Below, piece after piece: positions 53,235-61,475 of a DNA stretch of 64,000 nucleotides. The stretch covers positions 1-64,000 of the IMG/VR virus record IMGVR_UViG_2806310985_000007. The stretch is one strand, 5' to 3'. Both the position numbers and the translations under genes were made by a program. Numbering within the stretch: position 1 is the stretch's first letter; the number at the start of each line of letters is the position of its first letter. This DNA is from a virus (Duplodnaviria; Caudoviricetes). The notes beneath the pieces are model-generated. The model saw only the letters and a list, made by a program, of their open reading frames with translations. It made no database searches and was not told the origin of the DNA.

Positions 53235-55172
53235 TCATTCGCCGGATAACTGTGCATAGTACACGATGCCGGAAAGCACAAAACAGACGTTGGGAAGCGC
53301 CACGCCGTTGCCCCACATCTTGTATTCCGCAGAATCGGAGTGAGGGTCTTTCAGCCACTTGATGATCTGATTGCGGCTCTTCGGCTTAGAGGAAGCTCCC
53401 ATGACCCTCCGGTGTGTCTCAAACACCTCCGTCCAGAACTCGATCTCTTCCTCGGTCGGTTCGTCAGTCTCTAAATTGGAACACCACCAGTCCGGGAACC
53501 CTTGCAGTCTGGCACATTCGGTAGGCGTCAGTCTGCGAACAATGTAGTCAGGCTCCTTGGATACGGTAGGCGGATCTTTGAAATCTGTAGCGACCAACGT
53601 TTCCGTCACATCATCATCCGTAAAATTGGTGTGAAAGGAACTCTTGCTTGAATGATAGATAGGCTGTCCGACCGCTCCCGGTCCTTTGGACACCATCGTT
53701 GGCTCGATCTCTGTTTCCACCGTGATTCCGAACTTGGCATTCCGTCCCATGTTGTATGTGGCACGGTCGATTCCGTAGGCTACCGCATGACGGTCGGTAG
53801 CATCCAGCGTGAAGGACACATCCTCATTGACGCCGCTGCCCTGGGGACCGTTCTTGTCGGATCTTCCGATCATGGAACCCTGCACAGCCACCACAGCCAT
53901 GCCGCCCTGGTTGCAGGAGGGATTGCCGCCCCCCCTGTCCAAACAGCGGGAAGTGTCCGCTTCATAAAAACCGCTGTGCGGATTGTCCGATTGCATGGCG
54001 TGGCTCTGCTTGGAGCAGATGCCGTAGACCTTCGGCACAAATACCGTCTGGTCATTGTTGCAGCCGAGGGTAGCGGATTTGTTCTCCTGAATTAATGCAC
54101 CCTTGCCGCCGCCCTCACAACCGGAGCGGATCTTCAGCGTCTTTGGCGTTTCCACCACGAAGGGCTGATTGTTGCCGCCCGTTCCGTAGGTAGACATGAC
54201 CGTTGGTGCCGTCTTCAATGGACCGGTGTATCTGGTGTCCTGGCTATGGTTCTCATAGACTGCTGCAGGGACTGTTCCTGCCCGGAGGGTGGGAGAGGTT
54301 TCCTCCTCGTAACCGATGGAGCGGCTGTGTGCGGAATGCTCGGTGCAAAATCCTGCCGATTCCATCACGCAGGGAGGATGATGGGCTTCTGCCCGGAGAG
54401 TGCAGGTGACGCCGTCCGTTACATCCATACGGTTTCCACCCTGGTCATTCAGGCAGACGCAGCCTGCCGCTCCAGAGCCTTTTTCAGAAGCTCCGGCAGC
54501 TCCTTGCCACGAACGGAAGCCCTGCGGAGTATACCCAGACACGCCTTCGGACTCAAATAGTATTTTTCCGGCACTCCCGCCTGCAAGATCTGCGACAAGG
54601 TAGATACGTTTTCTGCGCTGGGGAACTCCCCAGTACTGCGCATCAAATACCCGCCATGCGAGACTGAAATCATCTGCCACGATCTCTCCGGCGGTCGGCC
54701 ACCCCTCAGGTCGAGGAGTATGAATTTCGTATCCCTTGACCGAGCAGACCTCTTCGAGGACGGACTGGAAGTCCGCGCCCTTGTTGGAGCTGAACGCGCC
54801 GGGGACGTTCTCCCATATGATGTATCTTGGATATCTGCCATTGGTTTTGCACCTCATTTCCTTTACGATTCGGACGGCTTCATAGAAAAGACTGGAACGG
54901 GAGCCGTCCAAGCCCTCCCGCCGACCTGCGATACTCATGTCCTGGCAGGGTGAGCCGAAGGTGATGATATCCACCGGCTCAATATCTGCGCCGTTCATTT
55001 TCGAGACATCGCCGTAATGCTTTATAAACGGCAGCCGTTTGGTGGTCACCCGGATAGGAAACGGCTCGATCTCCGAAGCCCACACAGGGGTAATGCCGGA
55101 GATCAAGCCGCCTAAAGGAAAACCGCCGGAGCCGTCAAACAGGCTGCCGAGGGTCAGTTTATTCTGTTCCAT
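53235..55172 (-). CDS. C5-cytosine DNA methyltransferase with long variable region
   Basis: SLFDGSGG, GSPCQ, ENV, QRRKR, RLTPTECARLQGFP, GNGV. Confidence 0.93.
   Translation of the reverse strand: MEQNKLTLGSLFDGSGGFPLGGLISGITPVWASEIEPFPIRVTTKRLPFIKHYGDVSKMNGADIEPVDIITFGSPCQDMSIAGRREGLDGSRSSLFYEAVRIVKEMRCKTNGRYPRYIIWENVPGAFSSNKGADFQSVLEEVCSVKGYEIHTPRPEGWPTAGEIVADDFSLAWRVFDAQYWGVPQRRKRIYLVADLAGGSAGKILFESEGVSGYTPQGFRSWQGAAGASEKGSGAAGCVCLNDQGGNRMDVTDGVTCTLRAEAHHPPCVMESAGFCTEHSAHSRSIGYEEETSPTLRAGTVPAAVYENHSQDTRYTGPLKTAPTVMSTYGTGGNNQPFVVETPKTLKIRSGCEGGGKGALIQENKSATLGCNNDQTVFVPKVYGICSKQSHAMQSDNPHSGFYEADTSRCLDRGGGNPSCNQGGMAVVAVQGSMIGRSDKNGPQGSGVNEDVSFTLDATDRHAVAYGIDRATYNMGRNAKFGITVETEIEPTMVSKGPGAVGQPIYHSSKSSFHTNFTDDDVTETLVATDFKDPPTVSKEPDYIVRRLTPTECARLQGFPDWWCSNLETDEPTEEEIEFWTEVFETHRRVMGASSKPKSRNQIIKWLKDPHSDSAEYKMWGNGVALPNVCFVLSGIVYYAQLSGE
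54449..54841 (-). CDS. Nested alternate-frame ORF inside the C5 MTase (beta-subunit-like)
   Basis: GAGG upstream of ATG; GEFPS....STLSQIL...VPEKYYLSPKACLGILRRA..RGKELP..L..AL. Confidence 0.6.
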   Translation of the reverse strand: MADIQDTSYGRTSPARSAPTRARTSSPSSKRSARSRDTKFILLDLRGGRPPERSWQMISVSHGGYLMRSTGEFPSAENVSTLSQILQAGVPEKYYLSPKACLGILRRASVRGKELPELLKKALERQAASA

Positions 55173-56397
55173 CCGCGACCTCCTCATAGCTGTATGTCTT
55201 ACCGTCTCTCAGGACGCTTACGCCATCCGCAGAGCCGACCTGCTCGATGTAGCGGTTCACGATGACATCGCAGAACTTCTCGTCCAACTCAATGGTTCGG
55301 CAGATGCGGTCGGTCTGCTCACAGGCAATGAGGGTAGAACCGGAGCCGCCGAAGGGGTCCAGCACCACCGAGTTTGCCATACTGGAGTTGCCGATGGGAT
55401 AAGCCAGCAGTGGGATTGGCTTCATGGTGGGATGGTCGCCGTTCTTCTTGGGTTTGTCGAACTCCCAGATGGTGGTTTCCTTCCTGCCCGTGTACCACTG
55501 GTGCCTGCCGTTTTTCTTCCAGCCGTACAGCACAGGCTCATGCTGCCACTGGTAGGGAGAGCGTCCAAGTACCAGGGACTGCTTCTTCCAGATACAGCAG
55601 CCGGATAAATAAAATCCCGCATCGGCAAACGCCCTGCGGAAATTGAGTCCTTCGGTGTCGGCGTGGAACACATAGATGGATGCGTCCGCCGCCATGACCG
55701 ACTCCATATTCTGAAATGCGGCAAGCAGAAACTCATAGAATTTCTCGCCTGCCATATTGTCGTTCTTGATTTTGCCCGCCGAGCCTTCATAGTTGACGTT
55801 GTACGGCGGGTCCGTAATAACCAGGTTTGCTTTGACGCCATCCATGAGTGTGGTGTATGTCTCAGCCTTCGTGGAGTCCCCGCACACCAGACGATGCCTG
55901 CCAAGCGTCCATACATCGCCAAGCCGGGAGAACGCAGGTTTTTGCAGTTCCGCGTCCACATCGAAGTCATCCTCTTTGGCTTCCATGCCGTCATCAAACA
56001 GAGCTGCCAGTTCCTTTTCATCAAAGCCGGTGAGCAGAGGGTCAAAGTCCATGCCCTGCAAAGACTCGATCTCCACACGCAGAAGCTCCTCATCCCATCC
56101 GGCATCCATCGCCATGCGGTTGTCGGCGATGATGTAGGCTTTCTTCTGAGCTTCGGTAAGGTGGTCGGCAAAGACACACGGAACTTCCTTGATGCCTTCT
56201 TCTTTGGCAGCAAGAATACGTCCATGTCCGGCGATTACATTGAAATCCCTGTCAATGATAACGGGGTTGATAAAGCCGAACTCCCGGAGGGAGGAGCGGA
56301 GCTTCGTAATCTGCTCCGGGGAGTGGGTGCGGGCGTTGTTCACATAGGGTACCAACTTGGAGATTGGCACCAGCTGCATTTCCGTTGTCGTTTTCAT
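55159..56397 (-). CDS. ParB-like domain fused to an N6/N4 DNA methyltransferase
   Basis: NNARTH..GF..P.IID...AGHGR; DPPY, HPTMKP, DPFGGSG. Confidence 0.93.
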   Translation of the reverse strand: MKTTTEMQLVPISKLVPYVNNARTHSPEQITKLRSSLREFGFINPVIIDRDFNVIAGHGRILAAKEEGIKEVPCVFADHLTEAQKKAYIIADNRMAMDAGWDEELLRVEIESLQGMDFDPLLTGFDEKELAALFDDGMEAKEDDFDVDAELQKPAFSRLGDVWTLGRHRLVCGDSTKAETYTTLMDGVKANLVITDPPYNVNYEGSAGKIKNDNMAGEKFYEFLLAAFQNMESVMAADASIYVFHADTEGLNFRRAFADAGFYLSGCCIWKKQSLVLGRSPYQWQHEPVLYGWKKNGRHQWYTGRKETTIWEFDKPKKNGDHPTMKPIPLLAYPIGNSSMANSVVLDPFGGSGSTLIACEQTDRICRTIELDEKFCDVIVNRYIEQVGSADGVSVLRDGKTYSYEEVADGTE

Positions 56398-57179
56398 CGC
56401 ACCAGCCCCCATTCCGCAAATTTCTCAAAGCCGCCGAGGGACTGGATGTATCTCCGGGCAGTCTCCACGATCTCCGCATAGGGAATGCCGTCCACAGTAT
56501 CGTCTCCGATGGCGCAGCACAGTTCCACCGGCTTTCCCGTTTCCTGCGCCTTCAGCCAGGCGTAAATATTGACCGACACATCTGCCTTGGAGAGATCTTT
56601 TCCATGCAGACCGCCGCCTGTGACGGAGTCTGCCATGTCGCTGCCCAGCTTGCGATTGGTGGCACCCGTGTCCACGTCCGTGCCGCCCGTCCAATCACCG
56701 AGCGGATTGATCTCGGCGTGAGGATACACTTCCTTGAGGTGCTGAGTCCTGGCGTTGCTCTGACAGAGAATTAGCCTTGCACCGTCCAGAATGCACTTCC
56801 CGTCATAGGGATAAGTGTGATACACACTTTTGGCGATCTCGCAGAGTGCTTTCTGCTCCTCCGTAACCGGCACCCCTTTGAAAATGCCGTTGTCACCGCA
56901 GCGGATTCCTTCTGCCTGGTTATTGGCAAGGTGTCCGTCCTGCGGCACTTTCACATAGTCCGTGTGCAGATTTCCTGCAATGCGGTGAACAATTGATTTT
57001 ACTTCATCCAAAGAGATGTGTGCCGATGTCTCCGCAATGATATGGCAAACGCCGTGACCGATGAGAACCTCCACGGCGATCCTTGGATTTTCTTCTTTTC
57101 TGTACGCCGCATCCACCAGAGCGCCGGCGATACGGTCAGCCACCTTGTCCGGGTGGCACGGATTTACCTTTTCAAACAT
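56394..57179 (-). CDS. Short S-adenosylmethionine synthetase (MetK-like)
   Basis: E.V...HPDK.AD.I, GDNG, D.GATNRK, GGG..GKD.SK.D.S. Confidence 0.85.
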   Translation of the reverse strand: MFEKVNPCHPDKVADRIAGALVDAAYRKEENPRIAVEVLIGHGVCHIIAETSAHISLDEVKSIVHRIAGNLHTDYVKVPQDGHLANNQAEGIRCGDNGIFKGVPVTEEQKALCEIAKSVYHTYPYDGKCILDGARLILCQSNARTQHLKEVYPHAEINPLGDWTGGTDVDTGATNRKLGSDMADSVTGGGLHGKDLSKADVSVNIYAWLKAQETGKPVELCCAIGDDTVDGIPYAEIVETARRYIQSLGGFEKFAEWGLVR

Positions 57180-57183
57180 AGCT

Positions 57184-57732
57184 TTATCCTTTCCGCGCCC
57201 GCAGCAGACGCTCCATCAAATCATCCTGGGGAGATACCTCGCCGTAGTCGGTGCTGCAGTTTTCCTTTACGATCTGGAAGATCTCGTTCCAGAGCCGCAC
57301 CGCCTGGTTCATGTAGTTGATGCCGATGTTGATAAAAGGCGATGGGATCGGCTTCTGGGTGGTCGGGTGCTTGGAGAGGAAGCCCATGCGGTTGGTCATC
57401 TCCTCGCACTGAATCCAGCGGGCGCTGCACATGGCGTACCGCTCCAAAAGCTGTGGGGACACCTTAGCGGCACAGCCGATCTTCTTCAGCCACTCCCAGG
57501 TTTCTTTATAGATTTCCTCTGCCTGGAGCGTACTTCCGTCACGCTGCTCGGCAGAGAGGAACTCATGGGGTTTTGGCATATCGACACCCTCGACTTCGGG
57601 AATGTCCAGCACTTCTAATCTTCGTCCGCCCGGATTGCCGTTCTCGGCTTTCTCCTTGACGGCAGACTTTTTTCTTCCCGCACCGGGTCTCGCACCTCCG
57701 CGCCCGCCTGTGTTATTGGATTTTGTCGGCAT
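57184..57732 (-). CDS. Terminase small subunit (P27-like)
   Basis: RGGARPGAGRK, GNPG.R; position after HNH. Confidence 0.82.
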   Translation of the reverse strand: MPTKSNNTGGRGGARPGAGRKKSAVKEKAENGNPGGRRLEVLDIPEVEGVDMPKPHEFLSAEQRDGSTLQAEEIYKETWEWLKKIGCAAKVSPQLLERYAMCSARWIQCEEMTNRMGFLSKHPTTQKPIPSPFINIGINYMNQAVRLWNEIFQIVKENCSTDYGEVSPQDDLMERLLRARKG

Positions 57733-57779
57733 TTTCTCACCTCTTTTCCGTAAAAAATAAGCAGCCCTGACAGGCCGCC

Positions 57780-57866
57780 GTCAATTACCCTTTTGATTTC
57801 GCCTTTTTCGCGCACGAAGCCCCAGGCCGCTGCCCGCGTACAGGACTCGCAGAGATTTTGACCGCC
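57780..57866 (-). other. Putative cos/packaging region
   Basis: GC-rich non-coding gap between HNH and terS, the usual position in HK97-like phages; cut site not identified. Confidence 0.4.
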
Positions 57867-58214
57867 CTACCGGTCGCCAAGGTCGTGGTGGATCTTGGTA
57901 TGGCAGGAACGGCAAAGGCTCATCAGATTGTCCCTTGCATGAGTGCCGCCCTGAGAGATGGGAACGATGTGGTGTACCTCATCCACAGGAGTCAGCCGTC
58001 CTTCCTTCAGACACATCTCACAGAGAGGATGCGCCGCAGCATAGCGGTCACGGATGCGTTTCCAGGCTCTGCCGTACTTCTTATTTACGTCCGCACTGCG
58101 TTCGTATTTGTTGTACTGCCTGCGGGCGGCTGCTTCGTGTTCCTTGCAATACTGACCGTCCGTGAGGTTGGGACAGCCGGGGTAGGAGCATGGCCGCTTT
58201 GGTTTCCTTGGCAT
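57867..58214 (-). CDS. HNH endonuclease (terminase-associated)
   Basis: PLCEMC, VHHI.P...GG.H..NL..LC..CH..H. Confidence 0.92.
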   Translation of the reverse strand: MPRKPKRPCSYPGCPNLTDGQYCKEHEAAARRQYNKYERSADVNKKYGRAWKRIRDRYAAAHPLCEMCLKEGRLTPVDEVHHIVPISQGGTHARDNLMSLCRSCHTKIHHDLGDR

Positions 58215-58346
58215 CGTCTCACCTCCTTGGGGCATAAGAAAAGCCCCCACAGGATCGCTCCCATGAAGGCCGTTCTGTATTCTACTTCGCTATTGTAATG
58301 ATATCACAGGACGGGTGTGCCATACTGTGCCAAACCGTGCCAACTT

Positions 58347-58757
58347 TCAATCCGGGACAGAAAAATTCTGGAGAGCCGACCCGTGTATGCGGTGTACCGT
58401 GCGAAGCGACACGTTCAGCATCCGGGATATCTCCTCCCAGGAGCAGTTGTCCAGGTAACGGTAACGGAGTACCAGCTGCTCCTCACGGCTGGCAAGCCTG
58501 TCGATTGCCGCATTGATGGTTTCCTTGAGACACACCAGATACGCCACCTTTTCCGCCACATCCCTCTGGATGGCGTCGATTTTCTCAAGGCACCGGACAA
58601 AAGGGGCTTCTGTCGGCTTGTTTGGATTGTAGTGCGGTTCGAAATTACTGCCTGAGACGCTGCTCGATAAATCCCTCCAGTAGTCAATCTCACGCAGACG
58701 GCAGTTTATAAGGGCATCCAGGTGCCGCGCCTGGTTCAGATACTCTTTTGCGGTCAT
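58347..58757 (-). CDS. RinA/DUF1492-like late transcriptional activator
   Basis: MTAKEYL.Q; LRYRYL...WEEI...LNVS.RTVHR.H..AL. Confidence 0.82.
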   Translation of the reverse strand: MTAKEYLNQARHLDALINCRLREIDYWRDLSSSVSGSNFEPHYNPNKPTEAPFVRCLEKIDAIQRDVAEKVAYLVCLKETINAAIDRLASREEQLVLRYRYLDNCSWEEISRMLNVSLRTVHRIHGSALQNFSVPD

Positions 58758-58981
58758 GCGTCCACCTCCTTCTGCAGGGAGCGGATCAGCATCTCGCCTT
58801 TCACATCTGTGAGTGCCGAATACCACTGCGAACGGAAGAACCGCTCAATTTCGGCTTTATCCGCTTGCGCCGCCCTATTACGGGAGTTGGCTTTCAGGCT
58901 TTTCAGCGCCATGCGGTAATCCTTCACAGCTTGCAGGATGATGGCGTTCGCAAGGTCCTCGTAAATCGTGATATTGCTCAT
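58754..58981 (-). CDS. Phage hypothetical protein
   Basis: YE.LANAIILQAVKDY...FFRSQW. Confidence 0.8.
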   Translation of the reverse strand: MSNITIYEDLANAIILQAVKDYRMALKSLKANSRNRAAQADKAEIERFFRSQWYSALTDVKGEMLIRSLQKEVDA

Positions 58982-59036
58982 ATTCGCACCTCCGAAATTT
59001 TGATCCTCGGATTGGCACGGATTTTCTTAGATTGTC

Positions 59037-60401
59037 TCAGATTTTCAAGTCCGCTTTCACGGCATCGATCAGGGCCGTCTGGGTATGCTCCTTTTTGGAG
59101 AGGGCTTTCATGATGCGTTCGTCAATGGTGCCCTTTGTGACGATGTGTTGTACCACCACAGTTTCAGAAGTCTGCCCCTGCCGCCAGAGCCGCGCAATGG
59201 TCTGCTGATAAAGCTCCAGGCTCCAGGTCAGTCCGAACCACACGATGGCCGAACCGCCGCTCTGGAGATTCAGCCCATGCCCGGCGGAAGCGGGATGGAT
59301 CAGCGCCACCGGCAACTCGCCATTGTTCCATCTGCGGATACTGGCGGCGTCATCCAGCTTTGAGAACGGGATATGCAGCTTTCGCAGCCTTTCCGAAATA
59401 CGGGTCAGGTCATGCTTGAACCAGTAAGCCACCAGAAGCGGTTTGCCGTTGGCGGCTTCGATGATGTCCTCCAAAGCGTCAAGCTTGCGGTCGTGGATGC
59501 GGATGGTTTCGCCGCCGTCGTCATAGATTGCGCCGTTCGCCATCTGGGAGAGTTTCCCGGAGAGGGAGGCGGCGTTGGCGGCAGTGATCTCTGCGTCGCC
59601 CAGCGACAGCACCAGCTCCTGTTTCAAGTCCGTGTATTTTTTCTGTTCATCCTCGGAAAGCCGAACCGTGTATTCACTGCTGACCAGCTTTGGCATATGC
59701 AGGTGGTCGGCGGACTTCATAGAGATGGTGATGTCCGAAATCTGTCGGTAGATGGCGTCCTCTGCATAGGGCAGGGGTTTGTAGGAGTAGATGACCTGGC
59801 CGTTTCGCTTGTCCGGCGTGAAGTAATCGGTGCGGTACTTGGTGATGAACCGTCCAAGCCGCTGCCCCATGTCCAGGATGCGAAACTCCGCCCACAGATC
59901 CATCAGACCGTTGGACGCAGGAGTGCCGGTCAGTCCGACGATGCGGCTCACCTTTGGTCTGACCTTTAACAGTGACTTGAACCGCTTTGTCTGGTGATTC
60001 TTGAACGAGGATAGCTCATCGATCACCACCATATCGAAGTCAAAGGGAATGCCGCTCTCATCAATGAGCCACTGGACGTTTTCCCGGTTGATGATGTAGA
60101 TGTCAGCGCGTCTCATCAATGCCGACCGGCGCTGGGCTTCCGTCCCGACAGCCACGGAGCAGATGAGATCCTGAAGGTGATCCCACTTATCCGCTTCAGC
60201 CGTCCATGTGTCCCGCGCCACTCTTAAGGGTGCGATGACCAGCACTTTATGGACCTCGAAGCTGTCAAACAGCAGGTCGGCTATGGCTGTCAGCGTGATG
60301 CTGGTTTTTCCCAGGCCGCAGTCTAAGAAGATAGCGGCTGCGGGGTGTGTCTCAATGTAATCCACCGCATATTTCTGATATTCATGAGGTTCGTATCTCA
60401 T
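59037..60401 (-). CDS. SNF2-family helicase
   Basis: GLGKT, VIDELS, LTGTP, HGLNLQ, ARLWRQGQ. Confidence 0.92.
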   Translation of the reverse strand: MRYEPHEYQKYAVDYIETHPAAAIFLDCGLGKTSITLTAIADLLFDSFEVHKVLVIAPLRVARDTWTAEADKWDHLQDLICSVAVGTEAQRRSALMRRADIYIINRENVQWLIDESGIPFDFDMVVIDELSSFKNHQTKRFKSLLKVRPKVSRIVGLTGTPASNGLMDLWAEFRILDMGQRLGRFITKYRTDYFTPDKRNGQVIYSYKPLPYAEDAIYRQISDITISMKSADHLHMPKLVSSEYTVRLSEDEQKKYTDLKQELVLSLGDAEITAANAASLSGKLSQMANGAIYDDGGETIRIHDRKLDALEDIIEAANGKPLLVAYWFKHDLTRISERLRKLHIPFSKLDDAASIRRWNNGELPVALIHPASAGHGLNLQSGGSAIVWFGLTWSLELYQQTIARLWRQGQTSETVVVQHIVTKGTIDERIMKALSKKEHTQTALIDAVKADLKI

Positions 60402-60663
60402 CCAGTATCCCTCCAATCTGCTCCGTATCGTCCAGCACATACACCGGAAATCCCAGCCGCCGCAAAAGCCTGTGGCGGGAAAGCTGCAGAGGTCGCGGCT
60501 TTTCTCCCAGAGCCTTGACTTCAACAAAGCCTATCCGTCCATTCGGCAGCAGCACCATGCGGTCCGGCATACCGTCAAAACCGGGAGATACGAGCTTGGG
60601 GCAGATGCCACCGGCTTGTTTGACCGCCAGGGTCAGCTTCTTTTCAATTTCTTTTTCTCTCAT
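60382..60663 (-). CDS. VRR-NUC domain nuclease
   Basis: EKEIE, GMPDR, FVEVK, PLQ. Confidence 0.9.
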   Translation of the reverse strand: MREKEIEKKLTLAVKQAGGICPKLVSPGFDGMPDRMVLLPNGRIGFVEVKALGEKPRPLQLSRHRLLRRLGFPVYVLDDTEQIGGILDEIRTS

Positions 60664-61199
60664 GGCTGTATCCTTTCTATGGGGTCGGCTAATTCAAAAG
60701 CGGCATAGGCGGCCAAGACAAAATTGTCGAGGGGCTTGCCCTTGTAGCTCCAGGCGGTCCTGCCATCCACATATACGCTGTAGCGATTGCCGCCCTTGTT
60801 GTTGATAAACACCTTTCTGCCCCGATAAGTCAGCTGATAGTTTCCATACCAGTTCTTTCGCCATTGACGGTGGGGAAAGTTACGTTTCCGTTTGGCGCGG
60901 TTTTTCATAAGCCGCTCACGCTCTCTGGCGGCGAGGATATCGCCCTCCATAATCCCTGCGCAGATACAGCCGACTGCAACAGTCTCAAAATGCTCGTCAT
61001 GACGCATCACATGGACAGAGCGTACCTGTGAACAATCGCAGAGTTCGCAGGTGAACAGGTCGATGTGATCGGGATCTTCCTCTTCATCGGCCACATCGTA
61101 AATGTAGTCACAATACCAGCCGGAGAGAGGCGCTCCCCATTCCTGGAGCCGCTTCTGACACCTGCGGACATATGCGCTGTCTATTTCATACATTGACAT
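60660..61199 (-). CDS. Hypothetical Cys/His-rich protein
   Basis: CELC...HVMRH...VGCICA. Confidence 0.75.
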   Translation of the reverse strand: MSMYEIDSAYVRRCQKRLQEWGAPLSGWYCDYIYDVADEEEDPDHIDLFTCELCDCSQVRSVHVMRHDEHFETVAVGCICAGIMEGDILAARERERLMKNRAKRKRNFPHRQWRKNWYGNYQLTYRGRKVFINNKGGNRYSVYVDGRTAWSYKGKPLDNFVLAAYAAFELADPIERIQP

Positions 61200-61234
61200 T
61201 TTGATTTACCTCCGTGTTCTTAAAAACCTGAAAA

Positions 61235-61475
61235 TCCTTACGCGCGTGCATATGCGTGATTTACGGGTTCTGTACAGTCTTTTTTATACATTTTCAATTT
61301 GTATGCTTTTTTAGGAACACAGGAACGAAGCCTGTAAAGTTGCCTTGCGGCGGCACATTCGGTGTGTTCCTGGCGGCGTTCCCGGAGTCTCCCCTGGGAA
61401 CACTGCCGGAAGTCGGGAACTGTTCCTTATCCGCACTGTTCCCGAAAAATCAGTCAGGAACATCGCCGGGAACAA
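61235..61475. repeat. GGAAC(A)/(T)GTTCC repeat cluster with AT-rich tract (putative origin of prophage B)
   Basis: Numerous copies in both orientations at ~61314-61474, beside an AT-rich stretch, at the 3' end of the VirE gene. Confidence 0.55.
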
